Source: a virus
Lineage: Duplodnaviria; Caudoviricetes
Strand: one strand, 5' to 3'
IMG/VR virus record: IMGVR_UViG_3300045747_000505
Length of the DNA stretch: 64,000 nt
In this document: piece after piece, positions 59,084-64,000 of the stretch
How the letters are laid out: each line of letters begins with the position of its first letter
Position numbering within the stretch: the stretch's first letter is position 1
The notes under the pieces: model-generated
The model's input: only the letters and a program-made list of their open reading frames with translations
Databases searched by the model: none
What the model was told of the DNA's origin: nothing
Program-made: the position numbers and the translations under genes

Positions 59084-59719
59084 GTCAAGCCATCGTCGAC
59101 GAGGCCTTTGAGTGGCACATCGACTCACGGACGCCAATCAGTCAGAACATTTTTCGTTTTGGGTCAGACGCTTGGGCCGCGCTCGTGCGCCTCGCTCGTG
59201 AGCACTATCAGCTAGGTCGCATTGACGACCTTGATGAGGACGACTTCTATCTGCTCGAATCAGATGCCGGCGAGCTGGCAATGTTCGAGGGGCGTGAGGT
59301 GATGCTTGACACACCGTCGCCAATCTTCACGACCGAGGCTGGCTTTGAAGTCTTCGTTCGCTCAGGGCTCGGCGTCAAGCGCGTTGAAGTCTTTGGGCCG
59401 ATGCCGGACTACGGCAAAATTCTGGAGACAGCATGATTGCTGCTGGCTACTCGCTCGACCTGTACTGCGACAACTACTCAGCATCGCGCAAGTTCGACCA
59501 TCTGATCGACGAGCTCGGTCACCGTTGGGGTATGTTCCCAGTTCAGTACACCGGTGAGCTTGGTACCGAGTGCCGTAAGCGAGCTCGCAAGGCTGGTTGG
59601 TTGCTGAATTTTCAAACTGGGCGGGCGCTCTGCCCGCACTGTAACAAAGCTGGCGTTACACTTAAAAACCTACACAAGGTTGCCTGACGTGGTATAATCT
59701 CCTCAAGGAGAATCCACAC

Positions 59720-60838
59720 ATGAAGGTCTATCTGGTTGGCGGCGCCGTCCGCGACATGCTGTTGAACCGTACGCCCAAGGATCGCGACTACGTGGTCGTT
59801 GGCGCTACCGAGCAGGAGCTGCTCGACGACGGGTTCGAGCGCGTTGGCAAGGACTTCCCAGTCTTTCTGCACCCCGTCACGAAGGACGAGTGGGCGCTGG
59901 CACGAACCGAGCGCAAGGTCGGGCGTGGCTACGGTGGCTTCGAGGTCGAGACGGATGACGTCACGATCGAGCAGGACTTGGAGCGCCGTGATCTGACGAT
60001 CAACTCCATCGCCTACGACGCTGAAGAAGATCTGTACGTCGACCCACATGGCGGTGTCTACGATCTGCAACGCCACATGCTGCGCCACACGTCCGATGCC
60101 TTTCGCGAGGACCCGCTGCGCGTCGTTCGACTGGCTCGCTTCTACGCGCGCTACGCTCAACACGGCTTCACGGTCGCCGCTGGAACGATGACGCTGGCCG
60201 CCGAAGTGGTTGACAGCGGCGAGCTGGACGAGCTGCCGGATGAACGCTTCTGGGCCGAGCTGGAGAAGGTCTTCACCGACGATGGTCAGCCAGCCAAGTT
60301 CTTCGAGCTGCTGTACGAGGTTGGCGCGCTGAACGACGTTCGCTTCTTCCGTGAGCTGTTCGGTCCGAACGTCACGTCGCACTCGCTGGATCGCATCATG
60401 AGAATGGCGCGGTCAGTCTTCAACGTGATTGAACCAGCTGCTCGCGTCGACTTCTTCGCAGCTGGGACGATGCCGTTGGGTGTGCTGCCGATGACGTTCT
60501 CGACCACGCGGTGCATGAAGCTGTACGCTGCGCAGCGCGACATTCGCCTGATCCACACGCAGAACCCGGCGACGCTGGTCGAGTTTCTGACGCGCATCAG
60601 CGCTTGGAACTCGCGCACCACCGCCGACGATCTGGTCGCACTGTTGGACGTCGTCGAGGACGCCGGCTACAACTCGCTGTACCCGTTCGAGTCGACGGAG
60701 CTGGCCGAGATCATTCAAGCTGGCCGGAGCGTCGTGTCTGGGCCGTTCCAACACCTGGTTGGCAGGGCAATCGGTCAGGCCATGATGTCCGAACGGATCG
60801 TTCGCGTCAACGACGCGCTGAACCGTATCAGCTCTTGA
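59720..60838 (+). CDS. cca: tRNA nucleotidyltransferase (CCA-adding enzyme, class II)
   Basis: YLVGGAVRD, DRD, DLERRDLTINSIA, EDPLRVVRLARF. Confidence 0.92.
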   Translation: MKVYLVGGAVRDMLLNRTPKDRDYVVVGATEQELLDDGFERVGKDFPVFLHPVTKDEWALARTERKVGRGYGGFEVETDDVTIEQDLERRDLTINSIAYDAEEDLYVDPHGGVYDLQRHMLRHTSDAFREDPLRVVRLARFYARYAQHGFTVAAGTMTLAAEVVDSGELDELPDERFWAELEKVFTDDGQPAKFFELLYEVGALNDVRFFRELFGPNVTSHSLDRIMRMARSVFNVIEPAARVDFFAAGTMPLGVLPMTFSTTRCMKLYAAQRDIRLIHTQNPATLVEFLTRISAWNSRTTADDLVALLDVVEDAGYNSLYPFESTELAEIIQAGRSVVSGPFQHLVGRAIGQAMMSERIVRVNDALNRISS

Positions 60839-60910
60839 ACCTGCTTCAAGGTTAGCCACGCACCTCAAAGCGTGGTACAATGATTCTATCACCTCAACAA
60901 AAGGACTTTG

Positions 60911-61099
60911 ATGTCACGCAACAGCAAGAACGCTCGCAACCTCGCCAAGGCTCGCGAGATTTCGTCCCTCCACAAGAACGGTGGCAAGGGCCCGGCCCGC
61001 ACCGGCACCTCCACCAAGGTCAAGGCCTGGTGGAAGCTGGGCAGCTACTCGACCTTCGCCAGCGGTGGCAAGAAGAAGCCGGCTCAGTCGGACCTCTGA
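60911..61099 (+). CDS. Small basic protein
   Basis: SD AAGGA after an AACCTG-N32-TACAAT promoter. Confidence 0.6.
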   Translation: MSRNSKNARNLAKAREISSLHKNGGKGPARTGTSTKVKAWWKLGSYSTFASGGKKKPAQSDL

Positions 61100-61434
61100 C
61101 GTGATCTGGGGCATCGTTGCTATCCTCTGGATCGTCACGATGATCCTCGCTGGTCTGTATCCACTTGCCCGCGATGACAAGTCAGGTGGCGACGTGATTC
61201 AACTCTGCGCCCTGTCCTGCGCGCTGGCCATCATCGTCAGCGCCGTTGCCGTCTTCACTTGGAAGGTCGTATGATCTGGATCACCGCCATTCTCTGGGTC
61301 CTCACGATCCTCTTCTTCTTTCTGATCGGGACGAGCGGACCGCAGACCAAGGACAACGCGTTCTGGTGGTTCGTCATCTTCGGCGTGTTGGCGCTGCTCT
61401 TCACGATCGTCACCGTCTCCGTCTGGAATCGCCT

Positions 61435-61950
61435 GTGACCACACCTACTCCCGCGCTCATCAACGTCTACATCGACAGCGATGGGCCAGTCGCCGACTTC
61501 GACAAGGCTCTCAAGGCCAGTGGTCTGCACGCCGACAACTTCAAACATCTGCCCGGCATCTACCTCTGGCTGGACGTCACGCCCGGCGCAGCCGCTGGCA
61601 TTGCACGCCTCAAGGCCTTCGACGACGCTGGCCTGATTCGCGTGTGGATCGCCACGAAGACGCCGAGTGGCTCACCGTACGCCTACACCGAGAAGGTGCT
61701 GTGGTATCGCCGTCTCTTTCCGTGGCTCGAAGACCGAGTCATTCTCACGCACGACAAGTCGCTGCTCGGCACCGAGCACGATTGGCTGCTCGACGATCGG
61801 CCACACAAGGCCAACGCCAGCAAGTTCCGTGGTGCCTTCTTTCTCTTCCGACCTGAGCGAGCTGAGCTCGACTGGGCGGACTTCACCCGGTCGGTTCTTG
61901 GACCGCTCACGACAATCACAACGATACCACCATTGATAGGAGAACCATGA
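61435..61950 (+). CDS. 5'(3')-deoxyribonucleotidase (HAD, NT5C-like)
   Basis: YIDSDGPVADF, EKVLW, LLDDR. Confidence 0.8.
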   Translation: MTTPTPALINVYIDSDGPVADFDKALKASGLHADNFKHLPGIYLWLDVTPGAAAGIARLKAFDDAGLIRVWIATKTPSGSPYAYTEKVLWYRRLFPWLEDRVILTHDKSLLGTEHDWLLDDRPHKANASKFRGAFFLFRPERAELDWADFTRSVLGPLTTITTIPPLIGEP

Positions 61951-62702
61951 AGCTTGCTGCACTCACTCTCGCCCTTTTCGCAGGCCTCGCCTGCGCTGCA
62001 CCGCCGGCTCCAACGCTGTCGCTGACCACTGTCAACAAGGTGCAGTCGGCCGCTGCCGTTTCTGCGTACTCACTTGGTGCTGGCTCATCGTTGTCAACCG
62101 CCACCGGCTTTCACACCGCGACGTCGTTCGTGGCTGGTGAGGGCTCGCTGAGCGCCACTCGCAACGTCGGCTACGACATCTCGCTCGCCGATTGCGCTCC
62201 GACCACTTGGGTCAACGGCACGATGATCAACGGCAACCTCGGCGTCAATGGCCTCACCTCGGTGACCGGCTACTCCGATGCCAGCAACGTGTCGACTGGT
62301 GCTGGCACCGGCGGTGCCGAATCAACTGGCCTCGCAACTGCCGCTGTGACTGGCAGCGCAGCGCTGGCCTACAAGTCGTTCGACATGAAGGTCGATGGCA
62401 ACGCCTTCTCTGGCGCGCTGACTCGCGCTACTGCTGCCCTCAACGGCTCTGACGCTTCGTCTGGCCACACGTCCTCGTCGTTTGCCAGCAAGACAGACGG
62501 CCAGCTCTTCAAGTTCGCCACGGCCACCGGCTTCGGCGACGTCAAGATCGTCAACGTCGATCTCAAGGCTCGCGCTGGCGATCTGACGTGCACCTCTGGC
62601 TGCGGCAGCACCTCCACCGACACAGCATCGTTCGTCAACGCCACCATCGAGGCCGGCGCCGGCGGTACCGCAACAACCACCATCATCGTCACCAAGCCAT
62701 GA
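61947..62702 (+). CDS. Secreted Ser/Thr/Ala/Gly-rich protein
   Basis: Signal peptide; beta-rich low-complexity body. Confidence 0.65.
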   Translation: MKLAALTLALFAGLACAAPPAPTLSLTTVNKVQSAAAVSAYSLGAGSSLSTATGFHTATSFVAGEGSLSATRNVGYDISLADCAPTTWVNGTMINGNLGVNGLTSVTGYSDASNVSTGAGTGGAESTGLATAAVTGSAALAYKSFDMKVDGNAFSGALTRATAALNGSDASSGHTSSSFASKTDGQLFKFATATGFGDVKIVNVDLKARAGDLTCTSGCGSTSTDTASFVNATIEAGAGGTATTTIIVTKP

Positions 62703-63190
62703 AGCACCTTCTCGTTCTCGCGAGCTTGACGCTCGCCGTCTCAGCCTTCGCGCAGAACACCGTCGAGGGCACCGTCAACGGTCAAGCGCAGGCTGACAAC
62801 GCTGGCAACACTCAAGCCATCACCTTCTCCAGCCCAGCTGACGCGAAGTCAACGATCAAGAGCGCACCACCGGTAAGTGGGCCACCGCTTGTGTCTTCCA
62901 ACGACACCTGCATGGGCTCGCTCTCGGGTGGTGTCAGCGTGGTTGGCGTTGGCCTCAGCGGTGGCACGACCTACGAGAGCGAGAGCTGCGTGGCCCTGAA
63001 GGAAGGGCGCGAGCTGTGGAACTGGGGTCTGCGCGATGCCGCCATTGCTCGCCTCTGCATGCAGGACAAGATTCGACAGTCGATGGAGCTGGCTGGTCGC
63101 GATGACTGCCCACAGACTCGACTGGCTCGCAAGACGGCCGCAGCGCCGTCAATGGGTCCGGTCGCAACGTCGCCGCGAGGCAACAGATGA
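62699..63190 (+). CDS. Secreted hypothetical protein
   Basis: Signal peptide MKHLLVLASLTLAVSAFAQ; Cys pairs. Confidence 0.65.
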   Translation: MKHLLVLASLTLAVSAFAQNTVEGTVNGQAQADNAGNTQAITFSSPADAKSTIKSAPPVSGPPLVSSNDTCMGSLSGGVSVVGVGLSGGTTYESESCVALKEGRELWNWGLRDAAIARLCMQDKIRQSMELAGRDDCPQTRLARKTAAAPSMGPVATSPRGNR

Positions 63191-63753
63191 GAGCGCTAGC
63201 GCTGCTGTTGATCTCAACGGTGGTCTCGGCGCAGCCGATCACCGAGGTGCTTGTTCAACGCAATCTGTTCGGTAGCGGCGTGCAAGACGGGCCCGTTGAG
63301 GGCTACGTCAACGCGCTGCCAACGGCGGATGCTGGCGTCTTTCAGGTGCCGTCGTATCTCGCCGGCAATCCAACTGCCGGGACGATCTACCCGCGAGTGG
63401 TGACGGTGCAGTGTGAGCAAGAAGGTTCACGAGCAATCTGCGACGGCTACGCTTGGCGGCCAGAGCTTGGGCGTGGCGAGTACCTGTTCATTCGACCGGT
63501 GCCAAAGCCGAAGCCACCACCTCCACCCCCTCCTCCGCCTGCACCAGAGCCGACGATCGTCTACGTGCCAGTCGAGGTCTCAGTGCCGGTGCAACCTGAA
63601 TTGCCGCCGCTTGACATTGAGCCAGGCAGCGGAAAGCAAGTTATAGTGGTACCAGCCCCGCTACCAAAGCCGCGCTGGATCAAGGCTCCAACCTGCACAC
63701 CAGACGGCACAATTCGCTGGATCAAAGTCCCAGCAAAGAAAGCAAAGAAATGA
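63187..63753 (+). CDS. Secreted Pro-rich hypothetical protein
   Basis: Signal peptide; poly-Pro linker. Confidence 0.65.
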   Translation: MRALALLLISTVVSAQPITEVLVQRNLFGSGVQDGPVEGYVNALPTADAGVFQVPSYLAGNPTAGTIYPRVVTVQCEQEGSRAICDGYAWRPELGRGEYLFIRPVPKPKPPPPPPPPPAPEPTIVYVPVEVSVPVQPELPPLDIEPGSGKQVIVVPAPLPKPRWIKAPTCTPDGTIRWIKVPAKKAKK

Positions 63754-63917
63754 TCGGTCTCATCAGCCTCATCGGCCTCATCATCTACTTTCTGCCGAGC
63801 ATCATCGCCGCACTCAACCATCATCGGTCGATGCGTGGCATCTTCCTCGTGAACCTGCTGCTCGGCTGGTCTGGCCTCGGCTGGCTCATCGTGCTGATCA
63901 TTGCGATGCTCGGCTGA
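63750..63917 (+). CDS. Superinfection immunity protein (T4 Imm-like; not in the ORF track)
   Basis: Manual translation MIGLISLIGLIIYFLPSIIAALNHHRSMRGIFLVNLLLGWSGLGWLIVLIIAMLG. Confidence 0.8.
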   Translation: MIGLISLIGLIIYFLPSIIAALNHHRSMRGIFLVNLLLGWSGLGWLIVLIIAMLG

Positions 63918-64000
63918 TATGGGCATCGTCTACTCGCCGACAAAGTCGGGCAAGACCAAGCGCAAGCCTGGCTGGCAGAAGGTCGAGCAAGAGCACGCGG

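Overview
This looks like a 64 kb segment of a large GC-rich dsDNA (jumbo-type) phage, not a bacterial chromosome. Nearly all real genes are on the + strand, small hypothetical ORFs are densely packed, and there are seven free-standing homing-endonuclease-type genes. Also present are more than 20 T4-late-like RTAAATA motifs, 26 canonical tRNA genes with encoded CCA, and a tmRNA. A betaproteobacterial host is inferred from the permuted tmRNA, a PEP-CTERM protein and a MofA-like oxidase. Modules in order: (1) 1-7.3 kb, two multicopper oxidases plus an SCO1/cytochrome c fusion, with two related secreted proteins (one FN3-rich) at 13.6-17.7 kb, a candidate phage-borne Mn/metal-oxidation module. (2) 8-19.4 kb, NadM-Nudix and NAMPT (NAD salvage) flanking a vWA / divergent PurA block. 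(3) 21.9-25.9 kb, a two-piece permuted tmRNA, an amber-suppressor tRNA, a Pth2-like gene that starts ATG-TAG, and an ATG-ATC-TAG leader ORF carrying an RGPP motif. (4) 31-44 kb, a tRNA array interleaved with endonucleases, three GNAT-like paralogues, NADAR and an RF1-like gene with an in-frame TGA at a conserved Trp. It also holds three tRNA genes with structured insertions inside the anticodon. (5) 44-64 kb, accessory genes: PEP-CTERM, vWA, nuclease, SF1 helicase, PBP7-like peptidase, phosphatase, CCA enzyme, nucleotidase and Imm. The best candidates for undescribed systems are the stop-codon-gated translation-rescue circuit, the anticodon-insertion tRNAs and the oxidase cluster. All family calls are motif recognition by eye; no database search was run.
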